64,000 nt of DNA from the NCBI RefSeq assembly GCF_040222615.1, contig NZ_JAVKCQ010000019.1:21979-85978 (forward strand). Reading direction: 5' to 3'. Position 1 is the first letter of the stretch; the number at the start of each line of letters is the position of its first letter. The notes below the pieces were generated by a model. That model worked only from the letters and a program-made list of their open reading frames with translations. It had not been told where the DNA came from and ran no database searches. Made by a program: the position numbers and the translations under genes. Of this stretch, positions 25,854 through 36,570 are shown one piece after another. The DNA comes from Haliea sp. Lineage in GTDB: Bacteria > Pseudomonadota > Gammaproteobacteria > Pseudomonadales > Halieaceae.

Positions 25854-26705
25854 TCAGCGCAGCAGCAACAGGGTGATGTCGCTGTGGCTGAGCATCCGTG
25901 TGGTGTTGCTGCCGACAAAAAACTGGCGGATCCGGGAATGCCCCCAGGCGCCCATGACCATCAGGTCAATACCCTGGTCGCGATGGTACTGGCCCAGCGC
26001 GCTCTGCACTTCGCCTTCCAGGGTGGCGGTAGTGACGTCGAAGCCGGCCTCGGCGAGGGTGTCGCGGGCCTGTCCGATCTGCCTTGTCTGCTCGGCTGTC
26101 ACCGGGCCCACGGTCACCAGATGGCAGGGCAGTCCGGCCAGGAGCGGGCTGTCAGCCACCAGTTCCAGCGCCTTGGACGCTGTGGCACTGCCGTCGTAGG
26201 CGATCATGAACTGCCGGGGCGCGACGAATTCCCGCATAACCACCATGATCGGCCGGTGCACGCTGCGCACCACGCTTTCCAGGTGGGAGCCAATGGTGTG
26301 CGCGGCGATGTCGTGATCCTCGCCCAGGCGGCCCATGACCAGCAGGCGGGTATCCTCCTCCAGGTCGCGCAGGGCGCCGACCAGGTCTCCGTGGCGCTGC
26401 TTGCGTGCCACGTCCCTGGCGCCCGCATTCACGGCGATGGCTTCCGCGTCCTCCAGCAAGTGCCTGCCGTGTTCCAGGGCGAGCTTTTCCCGCCGCTCAT
26501 CCAGCGCCGTCAGCTCTTCCAGCAACTGCTCCCGGCTGCCCAGGCCGATTGCCCCGGACAGGTCCTGCGCCGGCGGCGCCGAGGGCCGCTCCAGCACGTG
26601 CAGCAACAGCAGGCGGGTGTCCAGGCGGCCACTGGCCCAGGCGGCGGCGATGGTCACGCAGCGGGCACTGGCGGAACCGTCGATACAGGCGACAATATTA
26701 TTCAT
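25854..26705 (-). CDS. Tandem universal stress protein
   Basis: IVACIDGS, LLVMGR.G...IGSHLESVVR, IAYDGS, LMVMGAWGHSRIRQFFVGS.T. Confidence 0.92.
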   Translation of the reverse strand: MNNIVACIDGSASARCVTIAAAWASGRLDTRLLLLHVLERPSAPPAQDLSGAIGLGSREQLLEELTALDERREKLALEHGRHLLEDAEAIAVNAGARDVARKQRHGDLVGALRDLEEDTRLLVMGRLGEDHDIAAHTIGSHLESVVRSVHRPIMVVMREFVAPRQFMIAYDGSATASKALELVADSPLLAGLPCHLVTVGPVTAEQTRQIGQARDTLAEAGFDVTTATLEGEVQSALGQYHRDQGIDLMVMGAWGHSRIRQFFVGSNTTRMLSHSDITLLLLR

Positions 26706-26722
26706 GGTGGTACTCCTGATCC

Positions 26723-28210
26723 CTAGTGCCCGGACATCAACGATGCGATGGCTTCCGGTTTGTCGTGGACGCCGAAGCGATCGACGATGGTGGCGCTGGC
26801 CTCATTCATGCCGACCAGGTTGACCTCGGCGCCCTCGCGGCGGAACTTGATCACCACCTTGTCCAGGGCCGACACCGAGGTGATGTCCCAGAAGTGCGCG
26901 GCGGAGACATCGATAGTGACACGCTCCAGGGCCTCTTTGAAGTCGAAGGCCGCGATGAAGCCGTCGGCGGTAGCGAAGAATACCTGGCCAATGACGGTGT
27001 AGACCCGGTGGCCGTCGCCCTCATCCGCCGCTTTCACCAGCATGAAGCGGCTGATCTTGTTGGCAAAGAACAGGGCCGCCAGCAGCACCCCGACCAGCAC
27101 CCCCAGCGCCAGGTTGTGCGTGCCAACGACCACAACAACGGTCGCCAGCATGACGATGCTGGAGGACAGGGGGTGTTGCCTCAGATTGCGGATGGAATCC
27201 CAGGAAAAAGTGCCTATGGACACCATGATCATCACCGCCACCAGCGCCGCCATGGGGATCCGGGTCAGCCAGTCCCCGAGGAATACCACCATCAACAGCA
27301 GGAAGGTGCCGGCAGCAAAGCAGGACAGGCGGCCGCGGCCGCCGGATTTCACGTTGATCACCGATTGACCGATCATGGCGCAGCCCGCCATGCCCCCGAG
27401 CAGGCCGGCGCCGATATTGGCGATCCCCTGGCCCTTGCACTCACGGTTCTTGTCGCTCTCGGTGTCGGTGAGGTCGTCGACGATGGTGGCGGTCATCATC
27501 GACTCCAGCAGGCCGACGACGGCCAGCGCGGCGGCATAGGGGAAAATGATGGTCAGGGTCGCGAAGTTCAGCGGGACGTCCGGCCACAGGAACACGGGCA
27601 GGGTATCGGGCAGCTCGCCCATGTCGCCAACGGTGCGGATATCCAGCTGCAACAGGATTGCCACGGCGGTCAGGGACAGGATGCAAACCAGCGGCGAAGG
27701 TATCAGCTTGCCCACCCGCGGCAGCAGGGGGAACAGGTAGATGATGCCCAGGCCGGTGGCGGTCATGGCGTATACGTGCCAGGTGACGCCGGTCAGCTCG
27801 GGTATCTGGGCCAGGAAAATCAGTATCGCCAGGGCATTCACGAAGCCGGTCACCACGGAACGGGATACGAAGCGCATCAGCGAGCCCAGCCTGAGGAAGC
27901 CCGCCAGGATCTGCAGCATGCCGGTGAGGACCGTTGCAGCGAGCAGGTACTCGAGGCCGTGCTCCCTGACCAGGGTGATCATCAGCAGCGCCATGGCCCC
28001 GGTGGCGGCGGATATCATGCCGGGCCGTCCACCGGTGAAGGCGATGACCACCGCGATACAGAAGGAAGCGTAGAGGCCGACCTTGGGATCAACGCCGGCG
28101 ATAATGGAAAAGGCGATGGCTTCGGGGATCAGGGCGAGGGCGACAACAAGACCGGCGAGCAGGTCGCCGCGGATGTTGCCGAACCATTCCTGTTTGAGGG
28201 TAGCGAGCAT
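26723..28210 (-). CDS. SulP-family anion transporter with STAS domain
   Basis: [29 protein letters not shown]-terminal STAS (G.VFFA, D.S.AHFWD). Confidence 0.94.
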   Translation of the reverse strand: MLATLKQEWFGNIRGDLLAGLVVALALIPEAIAFSIIAGVDPKVGLYASFCIAVVIAFTGGRPGMISAATGAMALLMITLVREHGLEYLLAATVLTGMLQILAGFLRLGSLMRFVSRSVVTGFVNALAILIFLAQIPELTGVTWHVYAMTATGLGIIYLFPLLPRVGKLIPSPLVCILSLTAVAILLQLDIRTVGDMGELPDTLPVFLWPDVPLNFATLTIIFPYAAALAVVGLLESMMTATIVDDLTDTESDKNRECKGQGIANIGAGLLGGMAGCAMIGQSVINVKSGGRGRLSCFAAGTFLLLMVVFLGDWLTRIPMAALVAVMIMVSIGTFSWDSIRNLRQHPLSSSIVMLATVVVVVGTHNLALGVLVGVLLAALFFANKISRFMLVKAADEGDGHRVYTVIGQVFFATADGFIAAFDFKEALERVTIDVSAAHFWDITSVSALDKVVIKFRREGAEVNLVGMNEASATIVDRFGVHDKPEAIASLMSGH

Positions 28211-28393
28211 GGCAAAGTCTTCGGGTAGGTGAGCGGGATGCCGGCGCAACAGGAACGCGCAGGGCAGGTGTTGCCCCGGCGGTGGGTGCTGGCGGTATCG
28301 GGAAGGCGGCGATTATCCGGGAAGCCGGGGATCAAGGCCAGCGCGGTGTGAACTTGTACCGGGATCCCCTGGTTTCAGGCCTGTTTCCCGCCG

Positions 28394-29233
28394 TTACTCC
28401 CGTGGCCGGGTGCCCGACTGCTCTGTTATCGCCGCGGTCAGTGCCTGCAGCTGCTGCTGCACTTCGTCCAGTTGCTGGACGATACGGTCGCGTTCGTCAT
28501 GGGCCTGTTGCGCCTCGCGGGCGTTCTGCTCCGAGGTCATCACTCCCAGGATCGCGCCCACCATCATATTGAGGAATATGAAAGCGGTGAGGAAGATAAA
28601 GGTCAGGTAGTAGACCCAGCTCAGCGGATAGGATTCCATGGTGGCGTACATGACATCGGTCCAGTCCTCGAAGGTCGCAACCCGGAACAGGGTCAGCATG
28701 GCGATCGCCACATCTCCCCACAGCTCCTCGTCGGTATCGGCGAAGAACATGGAGCCGATCGCAGCGTAGATGTAAAAGATGATGAACATCAGCAGGGCGA
28801 TGTAGCCCATGCGCGGTATCGCCTTCAGCAGCGAGTTGATCAGAAAGCGCAGCTCCGGTACCACCGACACCAGGCGCAGGACCCGGAATACCCGCAGCAG
28901 GCGTCCCAGCAGCACCGCCTCCGAGTTGTCCAGCGGAATCAGGCTGCCGATCACCACGATGGTGTCGAAGATATTCCAGCCATCGAGGAAGAAGCGCCGC
29001 TTGTGCGGGCAGGCGGCAAAGCGGAACAGGATTTCCAGCAGGAAGAAGACAGTGATCGCAGTATCCATGACCCCGAGGCTGCGCTCTACCCAGGGACTCA
29101 GCTCGTAGGTCTTGGCACCGATGGTCAGCGCCGAGAGAATGATGATGGCGATGACCGCCCCCTGAAACAGGCGGCTGGATTCTATCCGGCGCAGCGCGCT
29201 GGAGCCGGAATACGATAGGGTTGCGGGAGGCAT
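28394..29233 (-). CDS. Bacterial voltage-gated cation channel (BacNav/NaChBac family)
   Basis: S4 RLLRVFRVLRLV, pore LFRVATFEDWTDVMY, S6 FLNMMVGAI, C-terminal coiled coil. Confidence 0.9.
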   Translation of the reverse strand: MPPATLSYSGSSALRRIESSRLFQGAVIAIIILSALTIGAKTYELSPWVERSLGVMDTAITVFFLLEILFRFAACPHKRRFFLDGWNIFDTIVVIGSLIPLDNSEAVLLGRLLRVFRVLRLVSVVPELRFLINSLLKAIPRMGYIALLMFIIFYIYAAIGSMFFADTDEELWGDVAIAMLTLFRVATFEDWTDVMYATMESYPLSWVYYLTFIFLTAFIFLNMMVGAILGVMTSEQNAREAQQAHDERDRIVQQLDEVQQQLQALTAAITEQSGTRPRE

Positions 29234-29445
29234 GGGGATATCTGCTTGAACCGGGGCCGGGGAGCGGGGAAGTTTAGTGCCCCGCAAATTTTTTTGCGAG
29301 CTATTGCCACTCACGCCCTCCGCTGCGTCGCGCCGGCACCTAATTGGCGTAAACTTGCGGGGAGGCCAGAGGCCAGCGCGCGGTGGCAGTTCGCCGGGCG
29401 CCGGTCGGCCGGGCGCAGTAGGTCGTGGAATTCCCGAGGCGAGCA

Positions 29446-30840
29446 GTGAGCACAGTCCCCCCCAGCAGACGCCGTACACTCTGGCTGCGCGAAACGCTGG
29501 CGCGCTCGCGCAAGGACGCGGTGTCCAGCTCGGTGATGACCGGCATCTGCGACAACTACCTCGGCGCGTTTGCTATCTCCCTGCGCGCCAGCCTGTCACA
29601 GATGGGCTGGCTGCTGGCCGCCCCCCAGCTCGCCGGTGCCGTCTGCCAGCTGCTGTCGGTGTGGTTGTGCCCGCGTTTTTCCCGTCGGCGCGCCATTGTC
29701 ACCGGCGTGATACTGCAGGCACTGGCGGTTCTGGGCATGGCCGTCATCGCCCTGTGGCGCCCGCCGGATGCGGTCACCTGGCTGATCCTGCTGGCCATTG
29801 TCTACCAGGCCAGCGCCAACTTTGTGCAGCCACAGTGGCGTGGCTGGATGGGCAGCGTGGTGCCGCCGCGGCGGCGAGGCGCGTTCTTTGCCGGTCGCAC
29901 CCGCCTTACCATGATTACCAGTTTCACCGTGTTTGCCGGCGGCGGCGCGCTGCTGGGCATTTTCCAGCGCTATGAGCTGGCCTGGGCCTGCTTCGGGGTA
30001 TTGTTCCTGCTGGCGGCGGTGGGGCGGGGCCTGTCGGCCAGGCAGCTGCGCCAGATGCACGACCCGGATCACAGCGACAGTGCCGGCGCGATCTCCTTCA
30101 CCGCCACTCTGGGGCGCATCCGGGAGGCGTTCCGCGACAAGACTTTCTACCAGTACAGTCTCTTCATTGCCGGTATGCAGTCGGCGGTGGCCATCTCGGC
30201 GCCCTTCTTCAGCGTCTATATGCTGCGGGACCTGCACTACAGCTACTGGCAGTTCGCGGCCAATACCGGCGTCGCCATCCTCACCCAGTTCTTCACCCTG
30301 TCTACCTGGGGCCGGATCTGTGACCGCTGGGGCAACCGCTGGGTGATGGTGACCAGCAGCTTGCTGATCCCGGTCGTGCCCGCCATGTGGCTGCTCTCCA
30401 GCGATTTCTATTATCTGCTGTTCGTGCAAGTACTTTCCGGTCTCGCCTGGGGCGGTTTTACCCTGAGTACCGCCAACTATCTTTATGACCTGCGCCCGCC
30501 GCGGGCGGATTTCGCCAGTTACGCCGCAGTGCAGGCGGCGCTGGGAGCGGTGGGCATTTTTGCTGGTGCTCTCCTGGGCGGATACCTCGCTACTGCACTC
30601 GCGAGCGTGGTGCACTGGCTGCCCGAGAGCTGGCAGCCGCTGCACTCGGTGGTTCTGATCTTCCTGGTCTCCGCCCTGCTGCGATTGGCGATCGTCGCCT
30701 GGTTTATCCCGCGCTCGGTCGAGCTGCGGGTACGCCAGCGCCCGGATCTGTTGCAGGTGGTCTATCGAATATCCCGCTTTACACCCGGAGCGGGGATTGT
30801 CCTGGACTGGCTGACGGTCACCCGCAAACGCCGGGACTGA
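29446..30840 (+). CDS. MFS transporter
   Basis: About 12 hydrophobic segments, WGRICDRWGNR loop motif. GTG start inferred (alternative 29425). Confidence 0.85.
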   Translation: MSTVPPSRRRTLWLRETLARSRKDAVSSSVMTGICDNYLGAFAISLRASLSQMGWLLAAPQLAGAVCQLLSVWLCPRFSRRRAIVTGVILQALAVLGMAVIALWRPPDAVTWLILLAIVYQASANFVQPQWRGWMGSVVPPRRRGAFFAGRTRLTMITSFTVFAGGGALLGIFQRYELAWACFGVLFLLAAVGRGLSARQLRQMHDPDHSDSAGAISFTATLGRIREAFRDKTFYQYSLFIAGMQSAVAISAPFFSVYMLRDLHYSYWQFAANTGVAILTQFFTLSTWGRICDRWGNRWVMVTSSLLIPVVPAMWLLSSDFYYLLFVQVLSGLAWGGFTLSTANYLYDLRPPRADFASYAAVQAALGAVGIFAGALLGGYLATALASVVHWLPESWQPLHSVVLIFLVSALLRLAIVAWFIPRSVELRVRQRPDLLQVVYRISRFTPGAGIVLDWLTVTRKRRD

Positions 30841-30903
30841 TCTCGGCTATACTGCCAAGGACGTGCCAGCCGGCACGAGGGGAACAGTGGGAGGCGTGAT
30901 CAT

Positions 30904-32649
30904 ATGCATCAACTGAGTGGGCTGGACGCCACGTTTCTGTACGCAGAAATGAATAATTCGCCGATGCACATAGCGCCGCTGCTGATCTACGATCCCTCGA
31001 CCACCGGCACCGAGCTGGTGCGGTTCAAGGACATCCTCAACACCTTTGCCAGTCGCCTGCACCGCTCGCCGGTGTTCAAGCGCAAACTGGCCATGGTTCC
31101 ACTCAACCTGGATCAACCTTACTGGGTTGAGGACGAGAATTTCGACCTGGAGTTTCATGTCCGCCATATCGCCCTGCCCAAGCCCGGTGACTGGCGGCAG
31201 CTGTCCATTCTGGTGGCGCGACTGCACGCCCGCCCGCTGGACCGTTCCCGCCCGCTATGGGAGGCCTACATCATCGAAGGCCTGGACAATGTGGAGGGAC
31301 TACCCAGGGGCTGCTACGCCATGTTTCTCAAGATCCACCACGCGGCGATCGATGGCGCGTCGGGGGTGGAGATAATCTCGGCCCTGCACGACCTCACTCC
31401 CACCCCGCCGCCCCCCAGGCAGGAGGCGCCACCGGTCCTCGACCCGGGCCCCGGCAGGGCGGAAATGTTGTGGCGCGCCTACAAAGTGAATATGTGGGCA
31501 CCGTTCCGGCTAGCTCGGCTGGTGACCGAGGGTATCCCGGCCTGGCGCCGGGTCCATCAGGGGGTCAAGGCGAAGAAGTTTCGGACCCTCGGCGACAAGG
31601 AGCGCACCCGTTTCAATGCCGCGGTCTCGCCACACCGCGTCTTCGGGGTCGCCGACTTCGATCTCGGCTTGATCCGGAAAATGAAAGACGCCGTCCCCGG
31701 CGCCACCGTGAACGATGTGATCCTGAGTATCGTCGGTGGTTCCCTGCGCAGGTATCTGCTGGACAAGGGTGAGCTGCCCGAGGGTAGCCTGGTGGCCGGC
31801 GCGCCGGTCAACGTGCGCAAGTCCGGGGATCAGGCGGCCGCCGGCAACCAGGTGTCGATGATGGTCATCGCCCTGCGCACGGACCTCGCCGACCCGCGTG
31901 AGCGCCTGCAGGCGGTGCACGAGGGGGCGGTGGGCTCCAAGGCCTACCACGAGGCGGTGGGCGCGCGCCTGATGACCGATATGACCCAGAGCCTGCCGGC
32001 AGAGCTCGCGGCGCTGGGGGTGCGCGCCGCCCTGGGCTCTGGCCTGATGGCGGGCATGAAGCCGATTTTCAACACCATCGTCACCAACGTGCCCGGGCCG
32101 CAGGTACCGCTGTATATGGGCGGTGCCCGGGTGGTGCGCAGCTACGGCCTGGGGCCCTGCATCGACAACATGGGCCTGTTCCACGCGGTGACCAGCTATA
32201 ACGGGCAGATTGCCGTATCGTTCCAGTCCTGTCGGGAAATGATGCCGGATCCCGGCTTCTACGAGCAGTGCCTGTACGCCGCCTATGCCGACCTGCAAAA
32301 GGCGGTACTGGGCAAGCCGAAGAAAGCGGCGCGGCGCAAGGCACCAAAGAAAACCGCAGCGAAGGCCGGGGCAACAGTGGCGGGTAAAGCGGCGGTGGCG
32401 GCGAAGAGAACCGCCAGGACCAAGGCGCCGGCCCAGACCAAGGCAAAAGCGAAGGCCAAGGCGACGGTGTCCAAGGCCAAAACCAAGGCCAAGGCCAAAG
32501 CGACTTTACCCGCAGCCAAGGCCAAGGCGGCAGTGCCCAAGACCAAGGCGACAGTACCCAGGGCCAAGGCCAAGGCGGCAGCACCCGCGGCCAAGAGGGG
32601 CGTCCGTAGCAAAGCGGCCGTCAGGCCGAAGCTGGCCTCGCTAAAGTAA
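30904..32649 (+). CDS. Wax ester synthase/diacylglycerol acyltransferase with a Lys/Ala-rich C-terminal tail
   Basis: M.QLSGLDA.FL, LDRSRPLWE, HHAAIDG catalytic motif, TVNDV, VTNVPGP; about 110-aa K/A/P/T tail. Confidence 0.93.
   Translation: MHQLSGLDATFLYAEMNNSPMHIAPLLIYDPSTTGTELVRFKDILNTFASRLHRSPVFKRKLAMVPLNLDQPYWVEDENFDLEFHVRHIALPKPGDWRQLSILVARLHARPLDRSRPLWEAYIIEGLDNVEGLPRGCYAMFLKIHHAAIDGASGVEIISALHDLTPTPPPPRQEAPPVLDPGPGRAEMLWRAYKVNMWAPFRLARLVTEGIPAWRRVHQGVKAKKFRTLGDKERTRFNAAVSPHRVFGVADFDLGLIRKMKDAVPGATVNDVILSIVGGSLRRYLLDKGELPEGSLVAGAPVNVRKSGDQAAAGNQVSMMVIALRTDLADPRERLQAVHEGAVGSKAYHEAVGARLMTDMTQSLPAELAALGVRAALGSGLMAGMKPIFNTIVTNVPGPQVPLYMGGARVVRSYGLGPCIDNMGLFHAVTSYNGQIAVSFQSCREMMPDPGFYEQCLYAAYADLQKAVLGKPKKAARRKAPKKTAAKAGATVAGKAAVAAKRTARTKAPAQTKAKAKAKATVSKAKTKAKAKATLPAAKAKAAVPKTKATVPRAKAKAAAPAAKRGVRSKAAVRPKLASLK
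32320..32640 (+). repeat. Degenerate coding tandem repeat (CCAAGG-rich) encoding a histone H1-like tail
   Basis: KAKAKATVSKAKTKAKAKATLPAAKAKAAVPKTKATVPRAKAKAAAPAAK. Confidence 0.85.
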
Positions 32650-32687
32650 GCCGGTATGAGCCCGTCGCGGAACCGGGACTGGAGGGA

Positions 32688-33470
32688 TTGCTGGACTGCG
32701 GGCCTGGGCAGCTGGCCGCTGGCGGGAGTTCGGATGCGGCGGCAGTCGGCGGTTCGGAAGAAACCGTTGCAGGTGGTCTTGCGGATGAGACAGCTGCGGG
32801 TAATTCAGCTGCGGGTGACACCCCGCCAGCGCTGGATGCGGAAGCCATACGCGAACTGGCCCGCGAGCTCTACTGGTTCCAGGGGGCGGCGCGGGCGTGG
32901 CGCAACAGGCTGATCCCGATGAGGGCGCAGCAGGTTGGAAGCAGCTGGCTGCCCCCGGTGCAGTTGCAGGAGTGGGTACTGACGCGAGTGTAGACCAAGG
33001 TCTCCACACAGAGACCCCCGCCGGCGGTTCACTCCCCGGAGAGGGCCCGGAAAACTGCGTCCGCGAAGCCCTGCCGGACCAACTCGCCTATTCGCGGGCG
33101 GGCGCACTTTGAGGACAAACCGTGGCTGTTACCGGCCACCGCGCGACGGATCAGTTGCGATGCCTCGCTGGTGACGGTGCTGGAGGATGACGCCGGCAAG
33201 GTGCTGAACGTGGGCAGGAAGCCACGGATTGTGCCGGAACGCATCCGCCGGGCCCTGCGCGAGCGGGACGGGGTCTGCCAGTATCCCGGCTGCCAGGAAT
33301 CGGAGTACGTCGACACCCACCACATCCGGCACTGGGACGAGGGTGGGGAAACGCGGCTGGACAACCTGGTGACCCTGTGCCGGTTCCATCACCGGCAGTT
33401 GCACCGCGGATGCTTCGACATGCGTCTCAATGGCGACTCCGCGGAGATTTTGGCGCCCGCGGATTATTAG
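32688..33470 (+). pseudogene. Degenerate DUF222-type HNH endonuclease gene
   Basis: C-terminal part (ARRISCDASLVTVLEDD.G.VLNVGR...RALRERD..CQYPGC...HHIRHW..GG.T.LDNLVTLC.FHH..LH) is clear. The frame is open back to a TAG at 32991, in frame with ORF 32688-32993. The 5' extent is uncertain. Confidence 0.65.
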
Positions 33471-33622
33471 CCAGGGATAGCCTCGGGCTTCAGCTGCTTC
33501 TGGTCTATCCGCCAGGGGGTGCCCCCGCAGATGTCGTAGTGCGCGCAGTCTCCGGTGCAGCCGCGGCAGGGCAGGCGGGGATGGTTGGGTGCTGCCGGTG
33601 GCGGGGAAGTATTCTCTGGCAT
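33467..33622 (-). CDS. Small Cys-rich protein, 51 aa (Cx2Cx3Cx5C)
   Basis: AGGAG RBS 8 nt before ATG 33622; LPCRGCTGDCAHYDICGGTPWR. Confidence 0.55.
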   Translation of the reverse strand: MPENTSPPPAAPNHPRLPCRGCTGDCAHYDICGGTPWRIDQKQLKPEAIPG

Positions 33623-33777
33623 GGTTTGTGCTCCTGCTCTGCCGTCCTGTTCTCTACGCGAGTATACGGCATTGGTCGGTGTTCCGATCAACCCTCATCC
33701 GATCAGCCCTGTGCTGGACAGGTCGGTCCGGGCAGGCCAGTATCAACTACCGTCATTACCTGCCACCAGGAGTCCCC

Positions 33778-34587
33778 ATGTCCTCAACAGAAGCACCACC
33801 CTGGGTCATCGCCGAGCTGTCAGAGTCGGTACTGTGGCTCGTACTGAACCGGCCAGGGCAGCGCAACCCGCTCTCCAGTCAGATGATCAATAAGCTGCAG
33901 GAGTCTCTGGCCGCTGCAGGGGAGAATGCCGAAGTGCGGTGTATTGTCATCGCCAGTTCCGGCCCGGCTTTCTCTGCTGGTCACGACCTGCGCGAAATGG
34001 CAGTTCAGGCCGGCGAAACGGAAGCTGATTGCAGGGCCCGGATGCGCGGGATTCTGGAGGACTGCTCCCGCCTTATGCTGGACATCACCCGATCCCCCAA
34101 GGCCGTGATTGCCTGCGTCCAGGGTGTTGCCACCGCGGCAGGCTGTCAGTTGGTGGCGGCCTGTGATCTCGCCATCGCCAGCGAAGAGGCCCGTTTCTGC
34201 CTGCCCGGGGTCAACATCGGCGCCTTCTGTACCACGCCGCTGGTAGCGGTGGGTCGCAACATTCATCGCAAACATGCCATGGAACTGGCTCTCACTGGTG
34301 ATCTGTTCGATGCCGAGGACGCCGTGCGCATGGGGCTGGTGAATCGTGCAGTACCGGCTGCCTCCCTGCGGGATGTCACCGAACGGCTGGCCCAGAAAAT
34401 CGCGGGGAAGTCCGCCGAGGGCATTGCCCTGGGCAAGTCGGCATTTTACGAGCAGCTTAACAAGCCCCTGTCGGAGGCCTATGCCATCACCTGCGAGCCC
34501 ATGATCGACACCATGACCACTGCGGATGCCCGCGAGGGTACCCAGGCTTTCTTCGACAAGCGCCAGCCGGTATGGCCGCAGGGCTAG
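33778..34587 (+). CDS. Enoyl-CoA hydratase/crotonase-family protein
   Basis: LNRP..RNPLS, FSAGHDL, ATAAGCQLVAACD, PGVNIG..C, AFFDKRQP.W. Confidence 0.92.
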   Translation: MSSTEAPPWVIAELSESVLWLVLNRPGQRNPLSSQMINKLQESLAAAGENAEVRCIVIASSGPAFSAGHDLREMAVQAGETEADCRARMRGILEDCSRLMLDITRSPKAVIACVQGVATAAGCQLVAACDLAIASEEARFCLPGVNIGAFCTTPLVAVGRNIHRKHAMELALTGDLFDAEDAVRMGLVNRAVPAASLRDVTERLAQKIAGKSAEGIALGKSAFYEQLNKPLSEAYAITCEPMIDTMTTADAREGTQAFFDKRQPVWPQG

Positions 34588-34617
34588 CGCCGTTGCGGTG
34601 AATCTCCCGGAACCGGG

Positions 34618-35591
<974 letters not shown>

Positions 35592-35595
<4 letters not shown>

Positions 35596-36563
35596 AGGTC
35601 CCGCCAGCGAATGCAGCTGACGCTGTGGCCGTCCGCGACTGGCTCCAGTGCCGGTACCATCTCCCGGCACTGGTCCCCGGCGTGGCTGCAGCGATTCTCG
35701 AACCGGCAACCCATGGGCAGGTCGCGCAGGCCCGGCACCATGCCCTCGATAACGCCCAGGCGTGACTTGGGTACGGTATCCAGCCGCGGGATCGAATTCA
35801 GCAGGCCGCGGCTGTAGGGGTGGGCCGGACGGTCGAAGATATCGAACACCGAACCGCGCTCGGCGACCTTGCCCGCGTACATCACCACCACCTGGTCGCA
35901 GGTTTCCGCGATTACACCGAGGTCGTGGGTAATCATGATCACCGCCATACCCATCTCCGCCTGCAAGTCCTTGATCAATTCCAGGATCTGGGCCTGGATG
36001 GTTACGTCGAGGGCCGTGGTTGGCTCATCGGCGATCAGCAGCCCCGGCTTGCAGGCCAGGGCCATGGCGATCACCACCCGCTGGCGCATGCCCCCTGACA
36101 GCTGGTGCGGGTACTCGCCGAGGCGCACGTCGGGAGAGGGGATACCGACCCGGTCCAGCATGTCCGCCGCCGCCCGCAGGGCATCGGCTGGTGCGCAGAT
36201 ACGGTGCAGCAGCATGCCTTCGGTCAGCTGGCGGCCTATGGTATGCACCGGGTTGAGCGCGGTCATGGGCTCCTGGAAGACCATGCCAATATGACAGCCC
36301 CGGATTTTCTCCATTTCGGGGATGGACAGCTGTGCCAGGTCGCGATCACGGAAGCGAAGGGTGCCGCCGGCGATGCGGCCCATCGGCTGCGGTAGCAGGC
36401 GCATGATGGACAACGCGGTAACGCTCTTGCCACAGCCGGATTCACCCACGATGCCTACCGTGGCGCCAGGTTCGACGCTGAAGCTGACCCCGTCCACGGC
36501 CCGGACCAGGCCCTCATCAGTGGCGAATTCGGTGACCAGGTTGTCGACTTCCAGCAGGGCCAT
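35592..36563 (-). CDS. Oligopeptide/dipeptide ABC transporter ATPase (OppD/DppD-like)
   Basis: [33 protein letters not shown]. Confidence 0.94.
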
Positions 36564-36570
36564 CAGCGCG

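Noticed and set aside
25854-28210. sulP-usp pair as a novel system
   Set aside because: This is a very common proteobacterial gene pair with nothing unusual here.
28211-28330. Structured riboswitch-like leader upstream of sulP
   Set aside because: GC-rich pairing is possible, but I could not recognise a defined aptamer or terminator; a covariance search would be needed.
29345-29360. sigma54-like TGGCGTAAACTTGC upstream of the MFS gene
   Set aside because: GG-to-GC spacing is 9 rather than 10.
32320-32830. CRISPR array or non-coding tandem repeat
   Set aside because: The repeats are degenerate, codon-phased and have no unique spacers; no cas genes are present.
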